A stretch of 64,000 nt of DNA from Dehalococcoidia bacterium (GCA_034432055.1 DAOUCT010000023.1:74126-138125); one strand, 5' to 3'; counted from the first letter of the stretch, positions 8,902-19,608 are shown. Program-made: numbers and translations. Notes: generated by a model not told the origin, from the sequence alone.

Positions 8902-11172
8902 TCAGGAGTGGTCCAGTTTTGCCTCAGCAGCTGCGATTATGCGCCTTGTCTCTTCGATCATGTCCGGGCTCACTGAGACTGAGGTTATCCCCCATTTTAC
9001 CAGTTTCTGCGTAAGCTCGGGGTATACAGAGGGTGCCTGTCCACAGATAGATGAGGTGACCCCTCTGCTGGAGGTTGCTTTGATGACCTTTTCTAAGGCG
9101 ATAAGCACTGCCTCATTTCTTTCATCGAATTCCGGTGCTAGCTTGGGATTATCTCTATCTATGCCCAGAATAAGCTGAGTCAAATCGTTCGAGCCGATGG
9201 AGATGCCGTCTATCCCGACATCTATGAACTGGTCTATCAGGAATACATTTGAAGGGACCTCGACCATCATCCAAAGTTTGAAATTGGGAAACTGGTACAG
9301 CCCCTCGGCTGCAAGAAATCTTCTTATCCGTGCCATCTCATCCACGAAGCGGACAAATGGGATCATGACGTACAGGTTATCGTAGCTCTGGCAAACCTTC
9401 TTAATTGCTTCCACTTCGAGCCTGAAGACTTCGATTTCATGTGTATATCTAGAACAGCCGCGGTAACCTAGCATAGGGTTTTCTTCAAATTCCTCATATT
9501 TTTCTCCTCCACGGAGGTTTCTATACTCGTTAGTTTTAAAGTCTGTAGTTCTATATACTACAGGTCGGGGGTGAAATGCTTTTGTGAAGGCTGTTATACC
9601 CCTGGCTAGCATTTCGGTGAATTGTTCACCTTTGCCTTCGTGTAACATATACCTGGGATGTGCGCCTATCTGAGCGATCATGAATTCAGCCCTGAGCAGC
9701 CCCACACCGTCCACATTCCGTCTGGCGACCGATTCGGCTAGTTCAGGCTCGGCGAGATTTACATAGACTTTGGTTCGAGTTATTACATGTTCTTGCGTGA
9801 TTACAGATGGCGCTGCTATTGGCTCGATTACTTTGCCGGCAAAGACCTTACCTTCGTAACCATCGACCGTAATTTCCTGCCCATCGATAAGGGTCTTGGT
9901 CGCTGTTTCGGTGCCAACCACGCAGGGTATTCCGAGTTCACGGCTCACTATAGCAGCATGTGCGGTTCTGCCTCCGCGATCGGTAACTATCGCTGCAGCG
10001 CGTTTCATTGCCGGTACAAAATCAGGTGTCGTCATTTCGGCTACCAGGATATCTCCGTGTTGGACCCTGTCTATCTGTGAAGCATCTGGGACAATTCTTG
10101 CCGGACCAACGGCTATGCCAGGGCTGGCTGACAAGCCGGTCAATATTGGTTTGGCTTCGATTGTGGGTCTTGCTGCTTCCTTCCGTGGTTTCAGCGTGGT
10201 TATGGGGCGTGTCTGGAGAATGAACAGGTGTCCATCCTCTTTTGCCCACTCGATGTCTTGCGGGAGCTTGTAATGATCCTCGATAGTCTTGCCTATTTTA
10301 GCCAGGGTGATGATTTCGTCATCGGACAATTTCTGCTTGTTTTGTTTGGGTGCAGGTACTGGAACTTTAACAGTAAACTCAAGCTGCTCGGGTGACGTTG
10401 GTGGTGTTTGAGTGTTTCTTACCAGCTGCCATTCTTGACGCTTTACTTTTTTGTCAACGATTTCCCACCTGTTTTTGTCCACCAAGTAAAGGTCAGGAGT
10501 GACATCTCCCGAGACAATAGCTTCTCCTAGTCCATAAATCGCTTCTATAAGGATTTTTGTGTCGTCATTGGCTACCGGTTCTGTAGTAAACATAACACCT
10601 GAGGTTTCAGATTGCACCATCTTTTGTACCGGGACTGCTATACCCACTTTGAAATGGTTGAAGCCTTGCTGCTCTCTGTAAAATATAGCCCTGGATTCGA
10701 ATAGAGAACCCCAGCAACCCAGTACTGCAGTTACCACTGCATCCTCGCCTTTTACATTCAGGAAGGTACGTTGTTGCCCGGCGAATGAAGCTTCGGGCAG
10801 ATCCTCAGCCGTTGCTGAGGAACGGACCGCTACCAATCCTCCTCCCAGTTTCCGGTAGGCCTCTTTGATCTGGCTGACTAGGTCAGCTGGCATAGACTGC
10901 GCAGCAAATTTGCTTTTGATAAGGTTGGAGACCTCTTGCAACTTCTTGCTATCATTCACATCAAGATTTCTGAGGAGTTGCTCAATGTCTGCTGCTAACC
11001 TGCTTGTCTTCAAGAATTTAAAGTAGGCTTCAGATGTAACTATAAAACCCGGAGGCACCGGAATTTGGGCATGTGTCATTTCTCCTAGATTTGCCCCTTT
11101 GCCCCCTACAAGGGGGATATCATTTTTGTCTACTTCATCAAACCAAACAATGTATTTTGCGTCCTGCTTCAT
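8902..11172 (-). CDS. ppsA: Phosphoenolpyruvate synthase (pyruvate, water dikinase)
   Basis: 756 aa. It has the N-terminal ATP-grasp-like region (GGKGANLGEM), a central phosphohistidine domain and a C-terminal PEP-utilising domain. Confidence 0.85.
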   Translation of the reverse strand: MKQDAKYIVWFDEVDKNDIPLVGGKGANLGEMTHAQIPVPPGFIVTSEAYFKFLKTSRLAADIEQLLRNLDVNDSKKLQEVSNLIKSKFAAQSMPADLVSQIKEAYRKLGGGLVAVRSSATAEDLPEASFAGQQRTFLNVKGEDAVVTAVLGCWGSLFESRAIFYREQQGFNHFKVGIAVPVQKMVQSETSGVMFTTEPVANDDTKILIEAIYGLGEAIVSGDVTPDLYLVDKNRWEIVDKKVKRQEWQLVRNTQTPPTSPEQLEFTVKVPVPAPKQNKQKLSDDEIITLAKIGKTIEDHYKLPQDIEWAKEDGHLFILQTRPITTLKPRKEAARPTIEAKPILTGLSASPGIAVGPARIVPDASQIDRVQHGDILVAEMTTPDFVPAMKRAAAIVTDRGGRTAHAAIVSRELGIPCVVGTETATKTLIDGQEITVDGYEGKVFAGKVIEPIAAPSVITQEHVITRTKVYVNLAEPELAESVARRNVDGVGLLRAEFMIAQIGAHPRYMLHEGKGEQFTEMLARGITAFTKAFHPRPVVYRTTDFKTNEYRNLRGGEKYEEFEENPMLGYRGCSRYTHEIEVFRLEVEAIKKVCQSYDNLYVMIPFVRFVDEMARIRRFLAAEGLYQFPNFKLWMMVEVPSNVFLIDQFIDVGIDGISIGSNDLTQLILGIDRDNPKLAPEFDERNEAVLIALEKVIKATSSRGVTSSICGQAPSVYPELTQKLVKWGITSVSVSPDMIEETRRIIAAAEAKLDHS

Positions 11173-11290
11173 TGCACTCCTTCACGGAAAATCTGTGGTG
11201 ATTTCTTATTATACCATCCGTGTTCAGTCAGGTGAAGAGCTAATTGGGTGGCACATTAGAGAAACATGCTTCTTCATGGGTGCATTGTCT

Positions 11291-11318
11291 TTACAGTAAG
11301 CCTAGCTCGGGATATAAT
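11291..11318 (+). promoter_or_regulatory. Promoter TTACAG, 16 nt spacer, TATAAT, giving a leaderless or near-leaderless cca transcript
   Basis: The -10 ends at 11318 and the cca ATG is at 11327. There is no Shine-Dalgarno sequence between them. Confidence 0.4.
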
Positions 11319-11326
11319 TTGTTGAC

Positions 11327-12814
11327 ATGTCTGTTGTTGGTGAAGGTCCTCTCAGTCTGTTAAAGAGCGTTTCGATCGCTGCATCACAGCGGAATTGCCC
11401 GGCGTACCTTGTTGGTGGATTTGTTCGGGACTTGCTGCTGGGAAAGGAGACTACCGATATCGATGTTGGGGTTGGGTGTGACCCCCAAGATATTGCCGGC
11501 AGTGTAGCTATTGAGGTGGGTGGAAAGTCTATTTTACTGGATAGCGTCAACAGAGTGTTCAGGGTTATGGTCAAAAACGGTGAAAGACAATGGCATTTAG
11601 ATTTCACGCATTTCTCTGGTAATATCGAAGGTGACCTAGCAAGACGGGATTTCACCGTAAATGCTATGGCGGTAGAATTGCAGCAGTTTGTCTCGTCTGG
11701 CGTAGCGAGGATCATTGACCCTTTTTCAGGCGAGAAAGACTTGAGGGCTAAAATAATACGGGCGGTAGGACGAGATGCATTTCAAAAAGATGCCGCCCGG
11801 CTGCTTCGTGCGTTAAGGCTGGCGCGAGAACTCCAATTTGTGATTGAGCCCGATACTGAAGATTTAATTCGTCAGAACTGCGAGCTAGTCGCTTCAGTAC
11901 CGGGCGAGCGGGTCAGAGAAGAGCTGGTGCGGATGCTTGCTTTCCCTGGCAGTGCTGATTTGCTGAAGTATGCGGACGGACTCGGTCTGCTTACCCGGAT
12001 TATCCCTGAACTTGAGCGCATGAAAGGCGTAGGGCAGCCAAAGGAACATTACTGGGACGTTTTTGAACATTCAATAGAGACTGTGGCGGCAATTGAGTTT
12101 TTGCTTCGTGATAGTTCGTGGAAATACGGTAATGACGAGCTGTTGAGTGTGACACCTTGGTCGGACGAACTGAGGAAGCATTTTGATGAAGAGGTGGCTC
12201 ATGGTAGTACCCGTCGATTGCTCTTGAAACTCGGTGGGCTATTGCATGATTTGGCTAAGCCGGCAACAAAGACAATTGATGATACGGGAAGAATACGATT
12301 TTTGGGTCATGCAAAGCAGGGTGCTGCTATGGCGGTTACAGTGATGGAACGGTTGCGCTTTAGCAATCGCGAGACGCGGCTGGTGGAAAATCTGGTCTAT
12401 CATCATCTGCGCCCTGCCCAGATGACAAATGGAGATTTGCCTACAAGCCGGGCTATTTATCGCTTTTTCAGAGATACCGAAGGGGCTGGCATTGATGTTC
12501 TTTTCCTGGCTTTAGCTGATTTTTTAGCTACAAGGGGGTCCAGCATTGACATAAATGAATGGAAGCGACACAATCAATTAATCAGCTATATATTGGCTGA
12601 GCACCAGAAACAAAAAAGCGTTATCTTACCGGTTAAATTGATTGACGGGCACGATTTGATGGATATTTTTGGATTGAAGCCGGGACGTCTTATTGGTGAG
12701 CTTTTGAATGAGGTGCGTGAGGCGCAAGTAAATGGCGAAGTGATTACCAAGGAAGAAGCCATAGAGTTTGTTCGCAAACATCTAGGGACACGGCAATGTG
12801 GTGCGGCTTGTTGA
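11327..12814 (+). CDS. cca: CCA-adding tRNA nucleotidyltransferase with HD domain
   Basis: 495 aa. It has the polymerase-beta head motif GGFVRDLLLGKETTDIDVGV and a C-terminal HD phosphohydrolase region. Confidence 0.8.
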   Translation: MSVVGEGPLSLLKSVSIAASQRNCPAYLVGGFVRDLLLGKETTDIDVGVGCDPQDIAGSVAIEVGGKSILLDSVNRVFRVMVKNGERQWHLDFTHFSGNIEGDLARRDFTVNAMAVELQQFVSSGVARIIDPFSGEKDLRAKIIRAVGRDAFQKDAARLLRALRLARELQFVIEPDTEDLIRQNCELVASVPGERVREELVRMLAFPGSADLLKYADGLGLLTRIIPELERMKGVGQPKEHYWDVFEHSIETVAAIEFLLRDSSWKYGNDELLSVTPWSDELRKHFDEEVAHGSTRRLLLKLGGLLHDLAKPATKTIDDTGRIRFLGHAKQGAAMAVTVMERLRFSNRETRLVENLVYHHLRPAQMTNGDLPTSRAIYRFFRDTEGAGIDVLFLALADFLATRGSSIDINEWKRHNQLISYILAEHQKQKSVILPVKLIDGHDLMDIFGLKPGRLIGELLNEVREAQVNGEVITKEEAIEFVRKHLGTRQCGAAC

Positions 12815-12872
12815 TAGCACGCTGTGGTAAAGCTGAATATTGGCAAACCAGCAAAGTCGTTAAGGAGAAGAA

Positions 12873-14189
12873 ATGACTCGTGGCAATATCTCCGTTCTGT
12901 TATTTATTTTAGCCCTTTTTGCCTTTGGACTGTGGGTGTTATTCCCGTTGGACAGCGAAAGGCTGGGGAGGCATGGTCTGGTCCTCGGATTGGACCTCAA
13001 GGGCGGTAGCCATTTAGTCTACGAAGCTGACTTATCGCAGAAAGACCCATCGCAGAGCGATGATGATGCTATGGAAGGGGTGTTGGGCAAGATCGAAAGG
13101 CGTGTTAATGCTTACGGTGTTACCGAGCCCATAATCCAGCGTCAGGGACATAATAGGATCCTGGTGCAACTTCCCGGGGTGAAGGACGTTGATGAAGCTA
13201 TTAAACTCATTGGGCAAACAGCGCAGCTTGATTTCAGGGAAATGGAGTTAGATGCTACTGGGCGGCTGGTATTTGATGAAGAGGGGAAACCGAAATGGAC
13301 GGCGGTAGCCAAAGCTACAGGTAGCGACGGGGTTGAGAAAGAACTCACCGGCAAGTACTTGAAGCCAAATGCTAAAGTTGTGTTGAACCCACAGACCAAC
13401 GAACCGGAAGTGGCTTTTGAATGGACCGAGGAGGGTGCTATCCTTTTCGAAAAGATTACAGAGCGCAATCTTCATAAACCTCTCGGTATCTATCTCGATG
13501 GGGAACCCATCTCATGGCCCACCGTTCAGGCTGTCATAAAAGAGCGAGGTGTGATCACAGGGTTGAATATCGAAGAAGCGAGGAGATTGGCTATTCAACT
13601 CAATTCCGGTGCTTTAGACGTGCCGCTGAAGATTATTCAGGAGCAGCGTGTTGATGCCACTCTGGGTGCTGACTCTCTAAAAAAGAGCCTGATTGCCGGG
13701 ATTGCAGGCGCAATTCTTGTTGTGCTGTTTATGATTGTATACTATCGCCTACCTGGTGTCCTTGCCACCTGTGCTTTAGTAATATATATCGTTTTGCTAT
13801 TGACGGTCTTTAAACTGTTACCGGTGACGATGACTTTGCCCGGGATAGCGGCTTTTATTGTGTCGCTGGGCATGGCTGTCGATGCCAATGTGCTTATCTT
13901 TGAGCGGATGAAGGAAGAGTTAAGGGCAGGGCGGACTTTAACTGCAGCGGTGGAGACAGGTTTCAACCGTGCCTGGACTGCTATACGGGACAGCAATATT
14001 ACAACTTTTATAGCCTGTTTTATACTCTACTGGTTCGGTGGCACGCTCGGGGCTTTTATGGTAAGGGGCTTTGCCTTGGTCTTGTTTATCGGTGTTGCTC
14101 TGAGTATGTTTTCTGCGATTGTGGTTACCCGTTCATTTTTGCGCTCGGTTGCGCGCGTGATTGCCAAACCTGGTGCTTATGGAGTGTAG
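12873..14189 (+). CDS. secD: Protein translocase subunit SecD
   Basis: 438 aa. An N-terminal transmembrane helix and periplasmic domain are followed by a six-transmembrane C-terminal region. An AAGGAGA ribosome-binding site lies upstream. Confidence 0.85.
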   Translation: MTRGNISVLLFILALFAFGLWVLFPLDSERLGRHGLVLGLDLKGGSHLVYEADLSQKDPSQSDDDAMEGVLGKIERRVNAYGVTEPIIQRQGHNRILVQLPGVKDVDEAIKLIGQTAQLDFREMELDATGRLVFDEEGKPKWTAVAKATGSDGVEKELTGKYLKPNAKVVLNPQTNEPEVAFEWTEEGAILFEKITERNLHKPLGIYLDGEPISWPTVQAVIKERGVITGLNIEEARRLAIQLNSGALDVPLKIIQEQRVDATLGADSLKKSLIAGIAGAILVVLFMIVYYRLPGVLATCALVIYIVLLLTVFKLLPVTMTLPGIAAFIVSLGMAVDANVLIFERMKEELRAGRTLTAAVETGFNRAWTAIRDSNITTFIACFILYWFGGTLGAFMVRGFALVLFIGVALSMFSAIVVTRSFLRSVARVIAKPGAYGV

Positions 14190-14193
14190 AAAA

Positions 14194-15111
14194 ATGGACG
14201 TTGTAGGAAAAAGGTTTTGGTTCTTTCTTATATCGGCGCTGGTGATTATTCCTGGTATTATTTCACTAGCTGTATACGGTCTGAATTTGGGGATAGATTT
14301 CAGTAGCGGCACAACTATGACACTTCGATCTGATACCGAGGTTAGCCAGGAACAATTTCGTCAAGCTATGATGGACCTGGGTTATAGGGAGGCAGTGATA
14401 CAGCGTACCGGGGAAGGCGATTTCTTTGTCCGCATTAGGGAACTTTCAGTGGATGAACGGGAGACTTTATTATCTGGACTAAAGGACAAGTTAGGCACAG
14501 ATGTGACCTTGCGCGATGCCCATTTGGTTTCTCCGATTCTGGCTGCAGAGACCGCAAGGAATGCTGCCATCGCAGTTATTATTGCTGCCATATTCATGAT
14601 GTTTTACATTGCCTGGGCATTTCGGCGTATGCCTAAGCCGCTCCGCTGGGGGACGGTTGCTATAATCGCCCTTGTCCATGATGTACTGGTGGTCTTAGGC
14701 ATCTTTTCGATATTGGGATGGGCAGCTGGAGTCCAGGTCGATTCTTTGTTCATCACTGGCATCCTTACGGTGGTCGGTTATAGCATCAATAATATTGTCG
14801 TTGTTTTTGACCGTATAAGAGAAAATGTGAATCGCGGCATAAGCAAGGATTTCGAAGTTACCGTTAATTCTAGCATCTTAGAGACGATGGGGCGGTGCCT
14901 AAACACAAGCTTAACAACGCTGTTTGTTATCGTTGCCCTTCTTCTTTTGGGCGGTATTACCCTGCGGTATTTCGTCCTAGTGCTATTTATCGGAGTAGTT
15001 GCTGGTACGTATGATTCTATTTGTGTGGCAGGGCAGTTACTGGTGGTGTGGGACAAAGGCGAGTGGGGACGGTTCTTAGGCTGGATGAGGCCGGTTAAAA
15101 GGACCGTTTAG
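14194..15111 (+). CDS. secF: Protein translocase subunit SecF
   Basis: About 305 aa starting at ATG 14194, just after the secD stop. The ORF-track start at 14161 is a TTG inside secD. Confidence 0.8.
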   Translation: MDVVGKRFWFFLISALVIIPGIISLAVYGLNLGIDFSSGTTMTLRSDTEVSQEQFRQAMMDLGYREAVIQRTGEGDFFVRIRELSVDERETLLSGLKDKLGTDVTLRDAHLVSPILAAETARNAAIAVIIAAIFMMFYIAWAFRRMPKPLRWGTVAIIALVHDVLVVLGIFSILGWAAGVQVDSLFITGILTVVGYSINNIVVVFDRIRENVNRGISKDFEVTVNSSILETMGRCLNTSLTTLFVIVALLLLGGITLRYFVLVLFIGVVAGTYDSICVAGQLLVVWDKGEWGRFLGWMRPVKRTV

Positions 15112-15128
15112 CAATATGGCATCAGCTT

Positions 15129-16163
15129 TTAACTTATATGATGTATTTGTTTGACCATTTTAATGAAATTGTGGAATTGAGGTGGTTTTGTAGCTGTCTC
15201 AGGTTTACCCAGAGGGTCATCGAAATCCTGTGTTCCTGATAATACCGCGAGTGTAGCTCCTATTGATAGAGACAACGCCTTCAGATGGTAGCCGCCTTCT
15301 AGCGCTAGAACCAACCGACCCTCGCAGAGCATGCCAGCTAATGTTTTTATTATTTCTACAAGGCGGGCGAAGCCAGATACGCTTAATCTCATTTGTGCCA
15401 GCGGGTCAGCCCAGTGGGCATCGTATCCAGCGGACACCATCATGAGCTGAGGCTCAAAGCGGCGTGCTATTGGTGCCAGGATGTCCTCAAACACTGCCTG
15501 ATACTCATCGTCACCCCAGCCGGCGAGCAGCGGCACGTTGACGGTGAACCCCTCGCCATCTTTAGTGCCTGTCTCGTCAATGCTACCTGTTCCGGGGTAG
15601 AACGGGTACTGGTGAGTTGAAAAGTAAAGAACGTGCGGGTCGGCATAAAAAGCGTCTTGGGTGCCATTACCGTGATGGACATCGAAGTCGATGATGAGCA
15701 CTCGTTTAATATCGAAGTTAGCCAGGGTATATTTTGCAGCTATAGCTATGTTATTGAAAAGGCAAAAGCCCATGGCTTGCCAGCATGTGGCATGGTGTCC
15801 GGGGGGTCTGACCAGAGCAAAGGCATTGTCAACTTGTCTATTCAGCACCGCATCAACGGCAGTGATGGCACCTCCTGCAGCATAGATAGCTGCGTTGTAG
15901 GAGCCGGGCGATGTCACGGTGTCTGGATCTAGCCAACCACCGCCTCTTCTTGCCTGTTCTTCGATTTGGCGGATGTATTCTGGAGCATGGACTGTGGATA
16001 TCTCCTCAAGAGTAGCAGGGCGGGGTGAGAGATAGTAAAGTTTATTTTTAAAGGTCTCTTGGATATGAGTTGTGGTAACAATCAGCCGCTGCGCGTTTTC
16101 AACGTGGTCTTTTGTGTCATGCTCTAGATAAACAGGGTCGTAGACCAGACCGACTCGAATCAC
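15129..16163 (-). CDS. Histone deacetylase-family Zn-dependent deacetylase (AcuC/aphA-like)
   Basis: 344 aa with the motifs DFDVHHGNGTQ and GYDAH. Confidence 0.75.
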   Translation of the reverse strand: MIRVGLVYDPVYLEHDTKDHVENAQRLIVTTTHIQETFKNKLYYLSPRPATLEEISTVHAPEYIRQIEEQARRGGGWLDPDTVTSPGSYNAAIYAAGGAITAVDAVLNRQVDNAFALVRPPGHHATCWQAMGFCLFNNIAIAAKYTLANFDIKRVLIIDFDVHHGNGTQDAFYADPHVLYFSTHQYPFYPGTGSIDETGTKDGEGFTVNVPLLAGWGDDEYQAVFEDILAPIARRFEPQLMMVSAGYDAHWADPLAQMRLSVSGFARLVEIIKTLAGMLCEGRLVLALEGGYHLKALSLSIGATLAVLSGTQDFDDPLGKPETATKPPQFHNFIKMVKQIHHIS

Positions 16164-16330
16164 GGTTAAAGCCTTTGTTTAACGTTAGTGGTGCTGAAGC
16201 TTTTTAAATAATACCAAAGGGTAAATGGCTAAGCAACTTATGCTATTTTCGTGAGTATTTCTTTATTGTGTCAGTTGGGGGCAAGTGATAAACTTTGTCT
16301 GTTTTTAAAGAGGAACTGTGCAGATAAGCG

Positions 16331-17245
16331 ATGTCAGCATTTTCAACAGAAAAGGGTGCGTCCACTCTTCTGATTGTGGTAGTAATAGGGCTGATAGTCC
16401 TCAAAATCATAGCAGGGCTGATCAGTGGTAGCATAAGTGTATTTGCCCAGCTAACAGACAGTCTCCTCGACCTTTTTGCTGGTGTACTTTCTTTTGTTGC
16501 TGTTCGTATTGCTATCAGACCGGCTGATGAAGAACATCCTTTCGGTCATGGTAAAGTTGAAGACATTGCCGGCATGGTACAGGGGGTACTTATATTCGTT
16601 GCTGCCGGGATGATAGTTTATGCATCTGTGTTGCGTATAATCCACAAAACAGGACTGCAGCTAGCTGAAGCTGGAATTGGTGTTATGGTGGTTTCCATGA
16701 TAGCTAGCTTGGGTCTCTCCCGCTATTTACTCAGGGTATCTAATATCACTGGTTCGATAGTGCTGGAAGCTAATGCACGTAACATACAGGGCGATATATA
16801 CTCGGCTGCTGCTGTATTGGTTGGACTTCTGCTGGTGCGTGTAACTGGGGTAGTGATACTTGACCCTTTGGTAGCTATTGCTGTTGCGGTGTATCTGGTC
16901 AAGCTGGCTTATGAGACGGCAAGGAAGCCGTTTCTGGGGCTGGTGGATGCCAGTCTTCCTCGGGCTGAGCAAGCGGTTATAGAGTCATGTCTTGCAGTTT
17001 ATGGTAAGCAAGTGGTCGGTTTTCATGAGTTGCGTACTCGACGTTCCGGCAGTCAGCGGCATATAGACCTCCATTTAGTGATGTCCAAGTATGTAAGTCT
17101 GGAATATGCTCATCAGATGTGTGACTTGCTGGAGCAAGATATCAAGTCAAAACTTCCACGAAGCAACATTACTATTCACATTGAGCCATGTGATGGTAAC
17201 TGCAAAAAGTGCGCTTTGAACTCTTCAGTATGTAAGGCTGACTGA
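16331..17245 (+). CDS. Cation diffusion facilitator family metal efflux transporter
   Basis: 304 aa. It has a six-transmembrane domain with DSLLD and HPFGHGK motifs plus a C-terminal cytoplasmic domain. Confidence 0.75.
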   Translation: MSAFSTEKGASTLLIVVVIGLIVLKIIAGLISGSISVFAQLTDSLLDLFAGVLSFVAVRIAIRPADEEHPFGHGKVEDIAGMVQGVLIFVAAGMIVYASVLRIIHKTGLQLAEAGIGVMVVSMIASLGLSRYLLRVSNITGSIVLEANARNIQGDIYSAAAVLVGLLLVRVTGVVILDPLVAIAVAVYLVKLAYETARKPFLGLVDASLPRAEQAVIESCLAVYGKQVVGFHELRTRRSGSQRHIDLHLVMSKYVSLEYAHQMCDLLEQDIKSKLPRSNITIHIEPCDGNCKKCALNSSVCKAD

Positions 17246-17273
17246 TATTGAGAGCGGTATATTGGTCAAGTTT

Positions 17274-17288
17274 CCTCCGGAGGTTTTG
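17274..17288 (+). terminator. Candidate intrinsic terminator: perfect 10-nt palindrome CCTCCGGAGG followed by TTTTG
   Basis: It sits between the convergent CDF transporter and substrate-binding-protein genes. The T-tract is only on the plus strand, so it would terminate the CDF transcript. Confidence 0.35.
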
Positions 17289-17306
17289 AAAGTGGCAGTG
17301 CGGTGG

Positions 17307-18905
17307 CTATTTTTTCTCAATATATACTTCGCTCAGTAAAGGGACCCCCTGGGCGTCCACCCTATAGTTTTTGACATAAGGCTTGACCAGAATATAGTTC
17401 TCATTAAACCACAAGGGTAAGCAGGCGGCATCGTTTACAATTATCTCTTCTGCTTGCTGGTACATTGCGAGCCTTTTTTGTTCATCGGGTTCCACGGCAG
17501 CTTGATCTAAAAGTGCATCTACAGCAGGGTTGCCATATTTTCCATAATTGTACTCGGCGTTGCTATGGAACAGGATTTCCAAAAAGTTCTGTGGATCGGG
17601 ATAATCAGCTATCCAGCCGCTGAAGAACATGTTATCCAATTCGTTTTTAATCTGGTAGGGAAAGATCTCAGGTTCTAGTTGTCTCACTGTTACTTGTACG
17701 CCCAGTGTTTGTTGCCAGTCCATAACCATAGCGCCGACATATGCTGGGATATTCCCTCCGATGCCGGAGATAGTCAGCATTATGGGCGGCAAATTCCCTG
17801 GGCTACCGTACTTTGAATTGGTGATAAGTTCTTTAGCTTTATCCGGGTTATATTCCAATCCCTGAATATTTTTGTTATATCCGGGCATGTTCGGGGGTAA
17901 AATACCATCGGCTTTGATTCCCATGCCTTTCAGTATTAACCGAACAATTTTTTCCTTGTTTACAGCTTGGCAGAAAGCTTTGCGGATATTGACATCATCA
18001 AACGGTGGTCTTTTAGTGTTGAAGCCTGCGTAGAAGAGGCTGAGTTCAGGAAATACAGATAGCTGGTTGTAAAAGGGTCCGCTTTCATCTGTCACCCGTT
18101 CTATATAGTCTTCAAAAACGGGTGTCACATCAATTTCGTCCATCTCGTACAATGATATCGGCATGCCGGCTAGAAGGTGGAAAGCCACACTTTTGATGGC
18201 TGGAGCTTGCCGATAAAAACTTTCGTTCCTTTCCAATACCAATAACTCGCCCTGTCTCCATTCTTTGAGTTTGAACGGACCTGTCCCATTAGGTCTTCGC
18301 CACCATTTATCGTCCGATTTAACATTATTTTGGTCGACCACAAAAGCAGTAGGATAGGTCAATTTTGCAAGAAAGTATGCTTTTGGAGCATCAATACTTA
18401 CTTGTAAAGTATAGTCATCGATGACTTTTATGCCACTTATTGTTGTTGTCTTTCCTTCGAGAACATCTTTAGTACCGATGATATCGCCAAGGTATGTGGC
18501 TGCTGTCTGTGAGCGGGTCTTTGGATTGCATGCTCTCTCCCAGGAATATTTGAAATCGTGGGCTGTTACCTCTTTGCCATCGTGGAATTTCACTCCCTTG
18601 CGTAGGAAGAAGGTATATGTCCTGCCGTCATCGCTTTTTTGCCATCTTTCGGCGATATCCGGGGCTGGTTTTGAGTTAGCATCAAGGCGAACCAAGCCGC
18701 TGAATATCTGCATCACATAAATGTGCGAGTTCATCTCGCTAGAGAGCGCTGGGTCAAGCGTTATAGGTCCTGTATCCCAGAGATTGAGGTCTCCTTCGGT
18801 AATGGTCGGTGGTGTCTGGCTTGGCTGGCAGCCAGAAACGGGAAGCAGTGTTGCTGAGATATAAAGCAACACAGTTAGAGCAATCGGCAGCCATGACCTC
18901 TTCAT
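17307..18905 (-). CDS. ABC transporter substrate-binding lipoprotein, family 5 (oligopeptide/nickel type)
   Basis: 532 aa with a signal peptide and lipobox (LPVSGC). Its size and composition are typical of DppA/OppA-like binding proteins. No permease or ATPase gene is adjacent. Confidence 0.65.
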   Translation of the reverse strand: MKRSWLPIALTVLLYISATLLPVSGCQPSQTPPTITEGDLNLWDTGPITLDPALSSEMNSHIYVMQIFSGLVRLDANSKPAPDIAERWQKSDDGRTYTFFLRKGVKFHDGKEVTAHDFKYSWERACNPKTRSQTAATYLGDIIGTKDVLEGKTTTISGIKVIDDYTLQVSIDAPKAYFLAKLTYPTAFVVDQNNVKSDDKWWRRPNGTGPFKLKEWRQGELLVLERNESFYRQAPAIKSVAFHLLAGMPISLYEMDEIDVTPVFEDYIERVTDESGPFYNQLSVFPELSLFYAGFNTKRPPFDDVNIRKAFCQAVNKEKIVRLILKGMGIKADGILPPNMPGYNKNIQGLEYNPDKAKELITNSKYGSPGNLPPIMLTISGIGGNIPAYVGAMVMDWQQTLGVQVTVRQLEPEIFPYQIKNELDNMFFSGWIADYPDPQNFLEILFHSNAEYNYGKYGNPAVDALLDQAAVEPDEQKRLAMYQQAEEIIVNDAACLPLWFNENYILVKPYVKNYRVDAQGVPLLSEVYIEKK

Positions 18906-18918
18906 ACTTTGCTAGCCT

Positions 18919-19608
18919 TTAGAATAACCCTTTAGATTTCATGCTTAAGTAAGCTTTGTCACAAACGACGATGTGGTCTAAGACTTCTATACCTGTTATT
19001 TCACCGACCTCAAAAAGTCGTCTTGTCAGTTTGATATCGTCCTCAGACGGTGTAGGATCACCTGAAGGGTGGTTATGCACGAAGATTACCGAAGCGGCGC
19101 TCGAGGAGATAGCCTCTTTGAACACTTCTCTGGGATGTACAACGCTCGAGTCCAAGCTACCTATAGAGATCATGTGGATATTTATTAGATGGTTCCTTGT
19201 GTCGAGAGACAGAGCCAGAAAGTGTTCTCTCTTTTTGCCTTTGAGTTTGTTCTTGACTGCTTTAACAACATCTTCAGGTGACTTGATGGCAATTTTTTTA
19301 CTTTCGTTTGAGTGTTCCTCCAGACGTTTACCAAGTTCGAGAGCAGCTTTAATCTGGGTAGCTTTTGCAATACCGATCCCTTTTACCTGTGTCAGTTCCT
19401 CAATAGAAGCAGATGCCATATTTTTGAGATTGCCAAACCTGGTCAGCAGATTTTGGGCAGTTAATAGCACTGATTCGCCCTGAATTCCCCTGCCGAGGAT
19501 TAAAGCTAATAATTCTTGGGCAGACAAGGCTTCCACCCCAAGTTTTAAAAGTCTTTCCCTTGGTCGTTCTGAAATTGGCAGGTCATGTACGGTAAAGGTC
19601 TTTGTCAT
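18919..19608 (-). CDS. radC: RadC-family JAB/MPN-domain protein
   Basis: 229 aa with the JAMM motif HNHPSGDPTPSEDD and an N-terminal helix-hairpin-helix region. Confidence 0.8.
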   Translation of the reverse strand: MTKTFTVHDLPISERPRERLLKLGVEALSAQELLALILGRGIQGESVLLTAQNLLTRFGNLKNMASASIEELTQVKGIGIAKATQIKAALELGKRLEEHSNESKKIAIKSPEDVVKAVKNKLKGKKREHFLALSLDTRNHLINIHMISIGSLDSSVVHPREVFKEAISSSAASVIFVHNHPSGDPTPSEDDIKLTRRLFEVGEITGIEVLDHIVVCDKAYLSMKSKGLF

